A stretch of 64,000 bases of DNA from an uncultured Gemmatimonadales bacterium (GTDB taxonomy: Bacteria > Gemmatimonadota > Gemmatimonadetes > Longimicrobiales > Gaopeijiaceae). This document shows positions 53,087 through 63,319 of the stretch, piece by piece. The stretch is taken from contig CAWGKG010000004.1 in the NCBI GenBank assembly GCA_963823035.1, forward strand, positions 320,001 through 384,000, given 5' to 3'. The notes under the pieces were generated by a model. The model had not been told where the DNA came from and made no database searches. It saw only the letters and a list, made by a program, of their open reading frames with translations. The position numbers were made by a program, and so were the translations under genes. Each line of letters begins with the position of its first letter. Positions within the stretch are counted from its first letter, which is position 1.

Positions 53087-53255
53087 CGCGGCGGCGCCGC
53101 GCCGAGGGAGGATCACGCTGAGCCGGGACCAGATCTGGCCCGCGCTCATCGTGCTGGGACTCGTGATCGTGTTGGCCGTGAACGCGGTGTTCATCTACAT
53201 CGCGGTGACCGGTGCGGACGAGGTGGTGCCGTCGTACGACTCGGGCCAGCGCTGA
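53076..53255 (+). CDS. ccoH: Short FixH/CcoH-like protein (N-terminal TM only)
   Basis: WPALIV...NAVFIYIAV...VVPSY, in the ccoH position between ccoG and ccoI. Confidence 0.65.
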   Translation: MTTDAAAPRRGRITLSRDQIWPALIVLGLVIVLAVNAVFIYIAVTGADEVVPSYDSGQR

Positions 53256-53264
53256 GGAGGCGCC

Positions 53265-53357
53265 ATGGATCCCCTACGCCTGCTCGCGGCCTGGATGCTC
53301 CTCTCGATGGTGGTCGGCCCCCTGGTCGGCGCACGACTCCGGCGTTGCAGCCGCTGA
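53265..53357 (+). CDS. Unannotated 30-aa membrane peptide
   Basis: GAGGAGG SD at 53254-53260 and ATG at 53265 give MDPLRLLAAWMLLSMVVGPLVGARLRRCSR*. Confidence 0.55.
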   Translation: MDPLRLLAAWMLLSMVVGPLVGARLRRCSR

Positions 53358-53406
53358 GGGCGGTCGAACCGTGCATCCCACGACTGCGGCTGCGTAGCTG
53401 ATCGCG

Positions 53407-55773
53407 ATGGGCGCCCCTCCCACGCCCCGCCCGCCGACGCCGGACGCCACGGAGGCGCGGGCGGAGAGCCGCGCGACCGACGGTCCCGTGACCTCGCGAT
53501 GCCCCCACTGCGGCACCGTGGTCGAGGGCCCGGACGACGCCTTCTGCTGCGCCGGCTGCGAGATGGCATACGCGATCATCCGCGGGGCCGGGCTCGACCG
53601 CTACTACGCCGAGCGCGAGGTGTTCGCGCCGCGCCCCGAGCCCCTCGCGGGAGGGTGGGACGCGCTCCCCGTGGAGCCCGCGGAGAACGGCCAGTGCGAG
53701 ATCCGCCTGGCCGTGGACGGGCTCCGCTGCGCGTCGTGCGTGTGGGTGGCCGAGAACGTGCTGCAGCGTACCGTCGGCGTGCACGAGGCGACCATCAGCT
53801 ACGCCACCGGGCGGGCCACGCTCCGGTGGGACCCCGCCCGGGTCCGGCTCGGCGACCTGGCCGGGCGCATCGCCGCGCTCGGGTACCGCCCCCGCCTTCT
53901 CGGCGAGGAGGCCAAGCCCGACCGCGACCTCCTGCTCCGGCTCGGTGTGGCCGCCTTCGCGGCCGCGAACGTGATGATGTACGCGGCGGCGCTGTACGCC
54001 GGGTGGTTCGGCGGGATGGAGGCGCGCTTCGTCGCGCTCTTCCAGTGGATGTCGCTCGCGCTGGCCACACCCGTCGCGCTGTGGAGCGCCGCCCCCTTCT
54101 TCGCCGGTGCGTGGGCGGGGCTCAGGAACCGCGTCCTGCACATGGACGTGCCCATCGCCCTCGCGGTGCTCGTGCTCTACGTGCAGGGCGTCGCGGGCAC
54201 CCTGCTCGGCGTGCATACGTACCTCGATTCGCTCACCATGCTGGTGGCGCTCCTCCTGGCCGGGCGCGTGCTCGAGTCGCGCGGACGACGCAGGGCGGCC
54301 GAGGCGGCCGTGACGCTCGCGGCGACCCTGCCCGCCACCGCGCGCCGGATGCGGAAGGGCGCCGTCGAGACCGTTGCGTCCGCCGAGCTGGCGCCCGGCG
54401 ACCGTGTGGTGTGCGGCGTGGGCGAGGAGCTGCCGGCGGACGGCGTGGTGGTGGAGGGCGAGGCTGCGCTGCGCGTCGCGCTCCTGACCGGCGAGTCCGC
54501 GCCCGTGTCCGTCGGTCAGGGCGACCGCGTGTGGGCAGGTACGCTCGTGGTGGACGGCAACCTCACGCTCGAGGTCACGGAGGCGGCGGAGGAGACCGTC
54601 CTGCACCGCATGGCCGAGGAGCTGAGGGCCGCGGCCGACCGCGGGACGCGCCCCTCGTCCACGGACCGCATCGCCCCCTGGTTCACCGGCGCGACGCTGG
54701 CCGTGGCCGCCGGCACGTTCGGGGTATGGCTCCTTGTGAGCGGCGTCGACGCGGCGCTGAGCGCCACCGTCGCCGTGCTCGTGGTGGCCTGCCCCTGCGC
54801 GCTCGCGCTCTCCCGCCCGCTGGCGGCGGCCGCCGGCCTGGGGGCCGCGGCGCGGCGGGGGCTGCTCTTCCGGTCCGCCGACGCGCTCCTCGAGCTGGCC
54901 GACGTCGACCTCGTGGCGCTCGACAAGACCGGCACGGTCACGGCCGGCGCGCTCGACGTGGTCGGTGCCGGCGACGACGACCTGCGCATCGCGGCCGGGC
55001 TCGAGCGCTACTCCCTGCATCCCGTGGCCGTCGCGGTGGTTCGCGAAGCCTCGGCGCGCGGCATCCCCCTGCCGATGGCGACGGACGTGCGCGAGGAGGT
55101 CGGGGTCGGCGTGTCCGGGAAGGTCGACGGACGCGTTTGGCGGATCCGGAGCGGTGGGGCGGGGGTGGTGGTGCTCGAGGGGGAGGACGGCCACCGCGGC
55201 CTCATCCGTCTCGGCGACTCCGTGCGGCCCGATTCCGAGGAGGCCGTGGCGCGTCTGCAGGCGTTGGGTGTGGACGTGGCGCTCCTGACCGGCGACCACT
55301 CGGAAGCCGCCGCCCGCATCGCAGCGGGCGCAGGGATCGAGGACGTGCACACGCGCGTCGGCCCGGAGGAGAAGGCCGCCTGGGTGCGGGCCCGCCGCGA
55401 CGAGGGAAGAAGGGTGCTGTTCGCCGGCGACGGCCTCAACGACGGCCCCGCGCTGGCCGTGGCCGACGTCGGCGTCGCGATGGGGAGCGGCGCGGCGTCC
55501 AGCATCCTCACGGCCGACGGCGTCCTGGTGGCCGGCTCGCTCCTGCCGCTGTCCACGGGCATCCACGCCAGCCGCGCCTGCCTGAAGGCGATCCGCTGGA
55601 ATCAGATCCGCTCGCTGGTGTACAACGTCACGGCCGTCACCGCGGCGGCGGCCGGGTGGGTGAACCCCCTGGTGGCCGCCGTCCTGATGCCCCTGTCCAG
55701 CGCGCTCGTGGTGTGGGGCGCGTCGCGCGTCGAGGCCGGCGTGCGCCGCGCCGAGGAGAACGTGGCGGCATGA
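53407..55773 (+). CDS. ccoI: cbb3 assembly copper P1B-type ATPase
   Basis: CPHC...FCCAGC, CASC HMA motif, LTGES, ACPCAL, DKTGT, HP, GDGLNDGP and YN...LMPLSS. Confidence 0.93.
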   Translation: MGAPPTPRPPTPDATEARAESRATDGPVTSRCPHCGTVVEGPDDAFCCAGCEMAYAIIRGAGLDRYYAEREVFAPRPEPLAGGWDALPVEPAENGQCEIRLAVDGLRCASCVWVAENVLQRTVGVHEATISYATGRATLRWDPARVRLGDLAGRIAALGYRPRLLGEEAKPDRDLLLRLGVAAFAAANVMMYAAALYAGWFGGMEARFVALFQWMSLALATPVALWSAAPFFAGAWAGLRNRVLHMDVPIALAVLVLYVQGVAGTLLGVHTYLDSLTMLVALLLAGRVLESRGRRRAAEAAVTLAATLPATARRMRKGAVETVASAELAPGDRVVCGVGEELPADGVVVEGEAALRVALLTGESAPVSVGQGDRVWAGTLVVDGNLTLEVTEAAEETVLHRMAEELRAAADRGTRPSSTDRIAPWFTGATLAVAAGTFGVWLLVSGVDAALSATVAVLVVACPCALALSRPLAAAAGLGAAARRGLLFRSADALLELADVDLVALDKTGTVTAGALDVVGAGDDDLRIAAGLERYSLHPVAVAVVREASARGIPLPMATDVREEVGVGVSGKVDGRVWRIRSGGAGVVVLEGEDGHRGLIRLGDSVRPDSEEAVARLQALGVDVALLTGDHSEAAARIAAGAGIEDVHTRVGPEEKAAWVRARRDEGRRVLFAGDGLNDGPALAVADVGVAMGSGAASSILTADGVLVAGSLLPLSTGIHASRACLKAIRWNQIRSLVYNVTAVTAAAAGWVNPLVAAVLMPLSSALVVWGASRVEAGVRRAEENVAA

Positions 55774-55907
55774 ACTCGATCTTCTTCCTGGTGCCCGTTG
55801 CGGTCGCGCTCGCCGGCGTGTTCCTGTTCCTCTTCCTCAGGGCGGTGCGGGACGGGCAGTTCGACGACCTCGACGATCCGCCGAAGAGGATCCTGAAGGA
55901 CGACTGA
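55770..55907 (+). CDS. ccoS: cbb3 assembly protein
   Basis: MNSIFFLVPV...AVRDGQFDDLDDPPKRIL. Confidence 0.92.
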   Translation: MNSIFFLVPVAVALAGVFLFLFLRAVRDGQFDDLDDPPKRILKDD

Positions 55908-56086
55908 GGCGGGCTCCGGCAGCCCAGTCCTGTCGTCCGTCGGTCATCACGCCATGGCATCGATCGAAGATCTGAGAGCTACCGGGGCATCGGCTTCAGG
56001 TTGACGTCCCATCCCCACCCGCCCTGTTTGACGTGGGTGCACCCGCGGCCGGCTACCCAGGTCGCACACACAGGGACTTGCATGCC

Positions 56087-56845
56087 GTGAACGAGACCGC
56101 CCGCTTCGCCCTCATTCTGCGCGACCGCGCGTCGTACGACCCGATGGTGCTCGCCAAGGCACTGGCCGCAGCTCGCGAGACGCCGGTTCAGGATCAGGTG
56201 CTTGCCGCGAAGGCTGCGTGGGGGATCGTGGCGGAGGATCTGTCGGAGCCGGAGGCGAGGGCACTCGCGGAGGCCCTGCGGTCATCGGGTGTCGCGTGCG
56301 GTGTGGGCCCGACGGCCGCGTTGGCCGCACTTCCCGCGGTGGAACCTGCCGGGACGCTCGATGCGCTGCCGGCCGCTCAACCCGTGCTCATCGCGGTGGC
56401 CGGCATCACGGTCAACACGACGACGACCAGGACCGAGAAGAAAGGGCCCAGTGGAGGCCAGAAGCTCGCGAGCACGGCCATCATGATGACCACGGGGCTG
56501 CCCATCAAGATCGGAGGCCGGAAGCGGTCGGTGGAGAAGAAGCATGAAGAGCAAAGCCTCGCCTTCTATGCGGACCTGTACTACGAGGACCCCTCCAGGC
56601 GGTTGCAGATCGACAGCTCGCGCTTCGACTTCTCGTGCCTGGGGCCGCGCATGCTCTACCAGGCTCAGGGGAACCTGAAGCTCCTGATCGGCGACCTCGT
56701 TCAAGCTGCACCGGAAGCCGGGACGAATCACGGGACGCGGGTTCTTCTGGAAGGGAGACCCATCCGCACGATGGGCTACCGATCCCTGGAGGACCTGGAA
56801 CGGGAAGCGCGCTGGCTCCTCACGTTGTGCGCGTTCGGGAAGTGA
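56087..56845 (+). CDS. Hypothetical protein
   Basis: Plausible ORF. GIVAEDLSEPEARALAEALRSSG resembles an L7/L12 C-terminal-like motif. Confidence 0.6.
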   Translation: MNETARFALILRDRASYDPMVLAKALAAARETPVQDQVLAAKAAWGIVAEDLSEPEARALAEALRSSGVACGVGPTAALAALPAVEPAGTLDALPAAQPVLIAVAGITVNTTTTRTEKKGPSGGQKLASTAIMMTTGLPIKIGGRKRSVEKKHEEQSLAFYADLYYEDPSRRLQIDSSRFDFSCLGPRMLYQAQGNLKLLIGDLVQAAPEAGTNHGTRVLLEGRPIRTMGYRSLEDLEREARWLLTLCAFGK

Positions 56846-56865
56846 GGCGGAGCCACCTGCCGAGG

Positions 56866-57639
56866 GTGAAGCCCATCTACGAGCACATCGGTGCCGCCTA
56901 TCGCAGAGTGCGACGAGAGGATCCACGCCTGGCACGCGTGATCCTCGACGCTCTGGGCGATGGGGACAGCGTCGCCAACGTCGGCGCGGGAACGGGGTCG
57001 TACGAGCCCAGGGACCGGCTCGTCGTGGCGGTCGAGCCCTCGATCACGATGCTCCGGGAGAGGCCGCAGGCGGGAGCCTTCGCGGTGCGGGCCGCGGCGG
57101 GGGCGCTCCCCCTCCGCGATGGCTCGGTCTCCGCCTCGCTCGCCGTTCTCACGGTCCATCATTGGGCGAACCAGGATGCGGGACTGGCCGAGCTGTGCCG
57201 CGTGGCGCGGGAGCGGGTGGTGATCGTCACCTGGGACCCGGAGAGCACGGGGTTCTGGCTCACCGCGGACTACTTCCCGGAATTCGTCGCAACGGATCGT
57301 GGGAGATTCCCGACCCTCGCATCCCTCTCCGCGCACCTGCAGGACGCGAAGGTGATCGCGCTTCCGATCCCCCACGACTGCCAGGACGGCTTCCTGGGTG
57401 CGTATTGGCGTCGACCGGGCGCGTACCTCGACGCGAGCGTCCGGGGCGGCATCTCCAGCTTCGCTCGTTGTCGCGACCTGTCGCCGTTGCGGCGGCTCGA
57501 GCGGGATCTGGAGGCCGGTACGTGGGAGGCGCGGTACGGCGCGACGCTGCCGGCCGAGGAGCTGGACCTGGGCTACCGCGTGGTTGTCGGCCGCCCGCGT
57601 CGGGCACGGCCCTCGGGATCTCCGTCGACGGGGGTGTGA
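56866..57639 (+). CDS. Class I SAM-dependent methyltransferase
   Basis: VANVGAGTGSY, AVEPS, TVHHW and DGFLGAYWRRP. Confidence 0.88.
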   Translation: MKPIYEHIGAAYRRVRREDPRLARVILDALGDGDSVANVGAGTGSYEPRDRLVVAVEPSITMLRERPQAGAFAVRAAAGALPLRDGSVSASLAVLTVHHWANQDAGLAELCRVARERVVIVTWDPESTGFWLTADYFPEFVATDRGRFPTLASLSAHLQDAKVIALPIPHDCQDGFLGAYWRRPGAYLDASVRGGISSFARCRDLSPLRRLERDLEAGTWEARYGATLPAEELDLGYRVVVGRPRRARPSGSPSTGV

Positions 57640-57709
57640 CACCCGGCCCGTCGCCCCCGGCCCGACCCGCTCGTATCTTGACGGCTCCCCTGACCACGAG
57701 AGCCGGACC

Positions 57710-60700
57710 GTGTCCACGATCGCCATCTTCCGCACCCGCCGACGCTGCGCGCGCCCGCGCTTCCCCACCGTTTCCGCGATCCTCGCGGCCTTCATCCTCC
57801 TGCCGACCACCGCGTCGTCCACGCCGGCGCACGCGACCGCGGGCCCGACGCCCCGGGGCGCCCCGTCCCGCCCCGACTCGGCCGGGAAGGTCCTCACGCC
57901 GGACGACTATGCGCGCTGGCGGACCATCGGAGACGAGACCATCTCCAGCGACGGGCGCTGGGTGACGTACGTCTACCGCTTCACCAACGTCGCCGACAAG
58001 GACGAGAAGCCCGAGCTGCACGTCCTGAACCTCGACACGAACGTGGACGTGGCCATCGCGGGCGCGTCGGGCGGCAGCTTCTCTCCCGACGCGCGCTGGA
58101 TCGCCTACCAGGTGGATTCGATGCCGCCGCGGAGCGGCCGCGGAAGTGGGGACGCCGGGGAGTCGGAGGCGTCGGGAGCCACGGGAGGCCGCGGGCGCGG
58201 CTCGGGCTCCTCCACGCTGCACCGCGTGGAGCTGCGGGAGCTGGCTACCGGCAAGACGCAAACTTGGCACGACATGCGGTCCGCGACGTTCAACCGGACG
58301 TCGACGCACGTGCTCGTTCGCGACCGACCGGCGGCCGGCGCGGGTGGGTCCGGGCGCGGCGGCTTCGGGGGCGGACGGGGTGGTGGCGGCGCCGAGGCCC
58401 CCGCTCGGGGCTCCGACGCCATCCTCTACGACCTGACCACGGGGCGCAGCCTGCTCCTGGGGAGCGCGGGCGACGCCGGGTTCAACCGGTCGGGCGACCT
58501 GCTCGCCTACACCGTCGACGCCGAGGCGCGCGACGGGAACGGGCTGTTCGTGATCGACCTCGCCTCGGGCAGCACGCGCGCCCTGGACAACGACGCACGC
58601 ACCTACGCCCGCCTGGCCTGGAACGACGCCGGCACGGGGGTGGCGGCGCTCAAGGGCCGGGAAGTCCCGAAGATGAGGGAGCGCGACAACGTGCTCCTGG
58701 TGGTGCCGGACGTGCGCACCGCCCTGGAGGACGCGAAGCGCGCGCCGGTGACGCTGGACACCACGACGTCGGGCTTTCCCGGCGGTTGGGTGATCAGCGA
58801 GCGGGCGGCGCTGAGCTGGAGCGAGGACGGCGCGCGGGTGTTCCTCGGGGCCATGCCGCAGACCCCCGCCGGCGACACGGTTCGGGTGGAGAGCTCGGAT
58901 TCCACCACCGACGTGGACATCTGGCGGACCGCGGACCGCAACATCCAGTCGGAGCAGATGGCCCGCGCGGCGCGCGACCGGAACTTCACCTATACACAGG
59001 CGTTCGACGTCGCCCGCGGGGCCTACGTGGCCCTCACCGACTCCACGATGCGAGACCTGGAGATCTCGACGGACGGGCGGTGGGCCGTGGGGCGCGACGA
59101 CCGCGCCTACATCTCCGACTGGAAGCCCGACCGCGCGGACTTCTACCGCGTGAATACGGCGACCGGCGCCCGCACGCTCATGTTCCGGGGGCACCTCACC
59201 CAGGGGTCCGCGTTCGGCATCTCGCCGGACGGCCGGAAGTACCTCACCTGGCAGGACGAAGTGTTCCAGGCGTACGACCTCGACCAAGGCACGACGATCA
59301 CGCTGGGCGCCGGTGCGCCCGCGCTCACGGACACCACGTACGACCATCCGGGACCCAGGCCGCCGTGGGGCGTCGAGGGCTTCACGAGCGACGGCAGGAG
59401 CATCATCGTCGAGGACCGCTACGACCTGTGGACGCTCCCGCTCGATGGCAGCACGGCCGCGCGGAACGTCACGGACGGCTTCGGCGCGAAGAACCGGACG
59501 GCTCTGCGGCTGGTGCGCCCGGAGCCGATCGACCCGATGGCGAGCCGACGCGCGCGCACGGGGCGCGAATACGACCTGTCCCGGCCGGTGACGCTGTCCG
59601 CGTTCGGCGAGCTGACGAAGAAGGGGGGCTTCTATCGGCTGGCGAAGGGTCGGCTCGACGAGGTGGTCTACGATGACGCGATGTACGCCACCCCGGACAA
59701 GGCCGCCAAGGCCGACCGCTTCCTCTTCACGCGGCAGACGTTCACCGAGTCGCCGGATCTGCGCGTCTCGGGGCCGGACTTCGGAAGCGCGAAGCGCGTC
59801 ACGGATGCGAACCCGCAACACGCCGAATACCGCTGGGGCCACTCCGTCCTCTTCGACTTCACCGACCGCTACGGCCACCCGCTCCAGGGTCTGATCTGGC
59901 TGCCCGACGACTACCGGGCCGGCGAGAAGCGGCCGGCGCTCGTCACCTTCTACGAGAAGCAGACCCAGATCCAGAACCGCTACCCGATGCCCGAGCTGTT
60001 CGTCAGCATGGGCCGCCCGACCATCGAGGCCGTGAGCCGCGGCTACGTCGTGGTGATCCCCGACATCTGGTACAACACGGGTTCGTCCCACGACGACCAG
60101 TTGGACTGCGTGGAAGCGGCCACGCGGAAGGCCATCGAGATGGGCTACGTCGACCCGGAGCACATCGGCCTCCACGGCCACAGCTATGGCGGGGAGGGGG
60201 CGGCCTACATCGGCACGAAGTCCCGGCTCTTCGCGGCGGTGGGTGAGGGCTCGGGCGTCACGGACCTCTACACCGACTTCAGCCAGGAGTGGGGCTGGTC
60301 GTACCAGAACAGCGGAGGCTCGGGCCAGAACGGCAACCAGTACTACATCTACGGGCAGGGCCGCTGGGGCGCGTCGCCCTGGGAGAAGCCGGACGTGTAC
60401 CGCGAGGAGTCCGCGCTGACGCACGCCGCCGAGGCGACGCAGCCCATCCTCATCATGCACGGCACGGCGGATCCGACGGTGGCGTTCAACGAGAGCCTCA
60501 AGTTCTTCAACGCGCTCCGCTTCAACGGGAAGGACGCCATCCTGCTGGCCTATCCGGGAGAGGGGCACCACCTGGCCAAGCTGGGGAACAGGAAGGACTT
60601 CACGGTGCGCTTCTTCGAGTTCTTCGACCACTGGCTCAAGGGCGCGCTGGCGCCGAAGTGGATGACGGACGGGGTGCCGTTCCTGAAGAAGTCCGTGGTG

Positions 60701-60727
60701 GAGGATTCGGGATCGGCCGGGCGCTAG
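57710..60727 (+). CDS. Large secreted S9 family peptidase
   Basis: Signal peptide, SPDG propeller repeats, GHSYGG, HGTADP and EGHH. Confidence 0.9.
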   Translation: MSTIAIFRTRRRCARPRFPTVSAILAAFILLPTTASSTPAHATAGPTPRGAPSRPDSAGKVLTPDDYARWRTIGDETISSDGRWVTYVYRFTNVADKDEKPELHVLNLDTNVDVAIAGASGGSFSPDARWIAYQVDSMPPRSGRGSGDAGESEASGATGGRGRGSGSSTLHRVELRELATGKTQTWHDMRSATFNRTSTHVLVRDRPAAGAGGSGRGGFGGGRGGGGAEAPARGSDAILYDLTTGRSLLLGSAGDAGFNRSGDLLAYTVDAEARDGNGLFVIDLASGSTRALDNDARTYARLAWNDAGTGVAALKGREVPKMRERDNVLLVVPDVRTALEDAKRAPVTLDTTTSGFPGGWVISERAALSWSEDGARVFLGAMPQTPAGDTVRVESSDSTTDVDIWRTADRNIQSEQMARAARDRNFTYTQAFDVARGAYVALTDSTMRDLEISTDGRWAVGRDDRAYISDWKPDRADFYRVNTATGARTLMFRGHLTQGSAFGISPDGRKYLTWQDEVFQAYDLDQGTTITLGAGAPALTDTTYDHPGPRPPWGVEGFTSDGRSIIVEDRYDLWTLPLDGSTAARNVTDGFGAKNRTALRLVRPEPIDPMASRRARTGREYDLSRPVTLSAFGELTKKGGFYRLAKGRLDEVVYDDAMYATPDKAAKADRFLFTRQTFTESPDLRVSGPDFGSAKRVTDANPQHAEYRWGHSVLFDFTDRYGHPLQGLIWLPDDYRAGEKRPALVTFYEKQTQIQNRYPMPELFVSMGRPTIEAVSRGYVVVIPDIWYNTGSSHDDQLDCVEAATRKAIEMGYVDPEHIGLHGHSYGGEGAAYIGTKSRLFAAVGEGSGVTDLYTDFSQEWGWSYQNSGGSGQNGNQYYIYGQGRWGASPWEKPDVYREESALTHAAEATQPILIMHGTADPTVAFNESLKFFNALRFNGKDAILLAYPGEGHHLAKLGNRKDFTVRFFEFFDHWLKGALAPKWMTDGVPFLKKSVVEDSGSAGR

Positions 60728-60748
60728 AAGGCCGGGGACTCCCGCGCG

Positions 60749-61933
60749 CTAGGGAAGCGTCTCGATGGCCCGCGCGGCGTCCGCGCGTCGCGAGAGTCGA
60801 GCGGCCTTCCCCTGGAACACGCGGCCGGATCCGCCCCCGCGTCCCTCCAGCAGCTCGGCCACCCGGCGACCCGCCTCCGCCACGTCGAGTCCGGCTTCTT
60901 CGCCGGCGGCGAGGAGGAACGCGCCCTCCTCCCCCTCGCCTGCGGTGAGGAAGACGACACGATCGGGCGCCCGACGGCCGACCTCGCGGGCGACGCGTTG
61001 CAGGAACGGGAGGTCGCGCTCGGACCAGTGAGCGACCAGGAGGCGTCCGGGCCCGGACGCCAGCGCGGCCGCCGAGGCGTCGGCGAGCTCCTCGTGAAGC
61101 CCGCGGAGCGCGCGCTCGGCGTCCTTCAGCCGCAAGAGCTTCGCCTCGAGCCTGGCCAGCAGCGCCTCGTCCGACGTGCCGAGGACCTCGCGGAGCCGGG
61201 CGTTCCTGCGATGGTGGACGTCGTGCAGCTCGCGGAGCCGCCTGCCGGCCGCCCAGTGGAGGCGCGTGCCGCCGCGCATGCTCTCGGTACCGAGCAGCTT
61301 GAGCGCCTCGATCTCGGCCGTGGAGGCGCAATGCGTCCCGCCGCAGGTGTTCAGATCGATCCCCTCGATCTCGACGAGCCGGACGTCGCCGTGGTGCCCC
61401 TCGGGCAGGCCCCGCGACCGGACGGGGAGGCCGGCGTACTCCTCCGGGCTCACGCGGCGGGCCGTGACGGGCCTGGCCGCGCGGATCTCCGCGGCCACGG
61501 CCTCCTCCAGCTCGGCCACCCGCGGGGCATCGAGGTCGGCCGTGTCCAGCTCGATGTCGGACGTCCGTTCCCCGAGGTGGAAGGCCGTGGTGTGCCACCC
61601 GAAGCGCTGGTCGGCGACGGCCGTGAGAAGATGCTGGGCGGTGTGCTGCTGCATGTGGTCGAAGCGGCGAGCCCAGTCCAGCGCCACGCTCACCCGGCCC
61701 GAAGGAGGAGGGCCCGCCAGGAAGTGGCGGATCACGCCGTCCACCTTGCGGACGTCGACGACCGGGACGTCTCCCACGGTTCCCCGATCCGACGGCTGGC
61801 CGCCCCCTTCGGGGAAGAGGAGGGTGTCGGCCAGGACCACGAAGGGGCGGCCCTCCTGCTCCCCGACCATGACTACCTCCGTGTCGAGGCGCGTGAGCCT
61901 GGGGTCACGTTCGTAGGCGTAGGTGAGGGGCAC
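60749..61933 (-). CDS. Alanyl-tRNA editing protein (AlaX) with DHHA1 domain
   Basis: FPEGGGQPSD, MQQHTAQH, CGGTH and GRGGG. Confidence 0.9.
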   Translation of the reverse strand: MPLTYAYERDPRLTRLDTEVVMVGEQEGRPFVVLADTLLFPEGGGQPSDRGTVGDVPVVDVRKVDGVIRHFLAGPPPSGRVSVALDWARRFDHMQQHTAQHLLTAVADQRFGWHTTAFHLGERTSDIELDTADLDAPRVAELEEAVAAEIRAARPVTARRVSPEEYAGLPVRSRGLPEGHHGDVRLVEIEGIDLNTCGGTHCASTAEIEALKLLGTESMRGGTRLHWAAGRRLRELHDVHHRRNARLREVLGTSDEALLARLEAKLLRLKDAERALRGLHEELADASAAALASGPGRLLVAHWSERDLPFLQRVAREVGRRAPDRVVFLTAGEGEEGAFLLAAGEEAGLDVAEAGRRVAELLEGRGGGSGRVFQGKAARLSRRADAARAIETLP

Positions 61934-62073
61934 GTCGGCTTCCGCGAGTGAGGGATTCGTCGATCCACCGGGAGAAGGAGGCCGGAATGTGGTCAGCGGC
62001 GTCCCGCCGTGCCATGATGTGCACGTGACTCCTGTCGGCTCAACCGGGGCGATCGCCCAAGAGGATCTGAACG

Positions 62074-63240
62074 ATGAAGAGTAGACGTGAGTTCCTCGCG
62101 GCCTCGGCCGCGGCGGGTCTGGGGCTGAGCCTGGGCTGCCGACCGGACGTTTCCGGCGACGCGCCGGCAGCCCGGTCTGCATCGGACGCGGAGGGGGGGA
62201 CGGTCGCGCGCGCTCCCCGCGCCCTGAGCATTCTGATGCTCGGCGGCACCGGTTTCCTCGGCCCGGCAGAGGTGGAGTACGCCCTCGCGCGCGGCCACTC
62301 GGTGACGCTGTTCAACCGCGGCCGCACGAACCCGCAGCTCTTCCCCGACACCGAGAAGCTGGTGGGGGACCGCGCGGAAGGAGACCTGGCGGCACTGCAG
62401 GGGCGGACATGGGACGCGGTGCTCGACACCTCCGCCAACGTGGCGACTTGGGTGCGTGACTCCTCGGCCGCGCTGAAGGACTCGGTGGGACGCTATCTGT
62501 TCGTCTCGAGCATCTCGGCGCACACCGACAACAGCACGCTGGGGCAGAAGGAGGATGGTCCTGTCTTCAGCACCGCCGACTACGAGGACGTGGTCCGGAG
62601 AAACGCCGGCATGGGCGAGGCGTTCGGGCCGAACAAGGCGGAGGCCGAGCGCATCGTGCACGCCACCTTCGGCGAGCGGGGGTTGGTCGTGCGCCCGGGC
62701 CTGATCGTGGGCCCCAGGGACAGAAGCGACCGCTTCACGTACTGGCCGGTGCGCATCGACCGTGGCGGCGAAGTCCTGGCCCCGGGCGACGGCACGGATC
62801 GGGTGCAGATCGTGGACGTCCGCGACCTGGGCCGGTTCCTGGTGCACCTGGTGGAGGAGCAGGCGTCGGGCACGTACAACGCCGTGGGACCGCGCGCCCC
62901 GATGACGATGGCCGAGATGCTCGACGGCATCCGGGCCGTGACCCCGTCGGACGCCTCGCTCACCTGGGTGGCCGCCGACTTCCTGCGCGAACAGGAGGTG
63001 GGCGCGTGGATGGAGATGCCCGTGTGGGTCTACCCGGGTCCGGACACCCGCGGGTTCATGGACTGGGACTGCTCGAAGGCGATCGCGGCCGGGCTCGAGT
63101 TCCGTCCGCTGGCCGACACCGCCCGCGACACGCTCGCGTGGTGGAAGGCTCGCGGCCCCGACGCGCCGGCCCTCCGGACCGGCCTCGCACCGGAAAAGGA
63201 GGCCCGCATCCTGGCGGCGTGGAAGGCGCGGAGTGGATGA
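62074..63240 (+). CDS. NAD-dependent epimerase/dehydratase (extended SDR) with Tat/lipoprotein signal
   Basis: SRREFL...LSLGC, GGTGFLG, FNRG, RPGLIVGP and DVRDL. Confidence 0.85.
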   Translation: MKSRREFLAASAAAGLGLSLGCRPDVSGDAPAARSASDAEGGTVARAPRALSILMLGGTGFLGPAEVEYALARGHSVTLFNRGRTNPQLFPDTEKLVGDRAEGDLAALQGRTWDAVLDTSANVATWVRDSSAALKDSVGRYLFVSSISAHTDNSTLGQKEDGPVFSTADYEDVVRRNAGMGEAFGPNKAEAERIVHATFGERGLVVRPGLIVGPRDRSDRFTYWPVRIDRGGEVLAPGDGTDRVQIVDVRDLGRFLVHLVEEQASGTYNAVGPRAPMTMAEMLDGIRAVTPSDASLTWVAADFLREQEVGAWMEMPVWVYPGPDTRGFMDWDCSKAIAAGLEFRPLADTARDTLAWWKARGPDAPALRTGLAPEKEARILAAWKARSG

Positions 63241-63319
63241 GCCCCACCCTGTAGTGCCCGGAGGACCCAGGTCGGGAGCCGGTGGAGTGACCGATGATCG
63301 ATCGGGCACGCGCGCCCCC

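Noticed and set aside
57260..60631. Long antisense or alternate-frame ORFs (this 1123-aa one and many others)
   Set aside because: These are shadow ORFs expected at very high GC. They carry no motifs and mirror well-supported genes.
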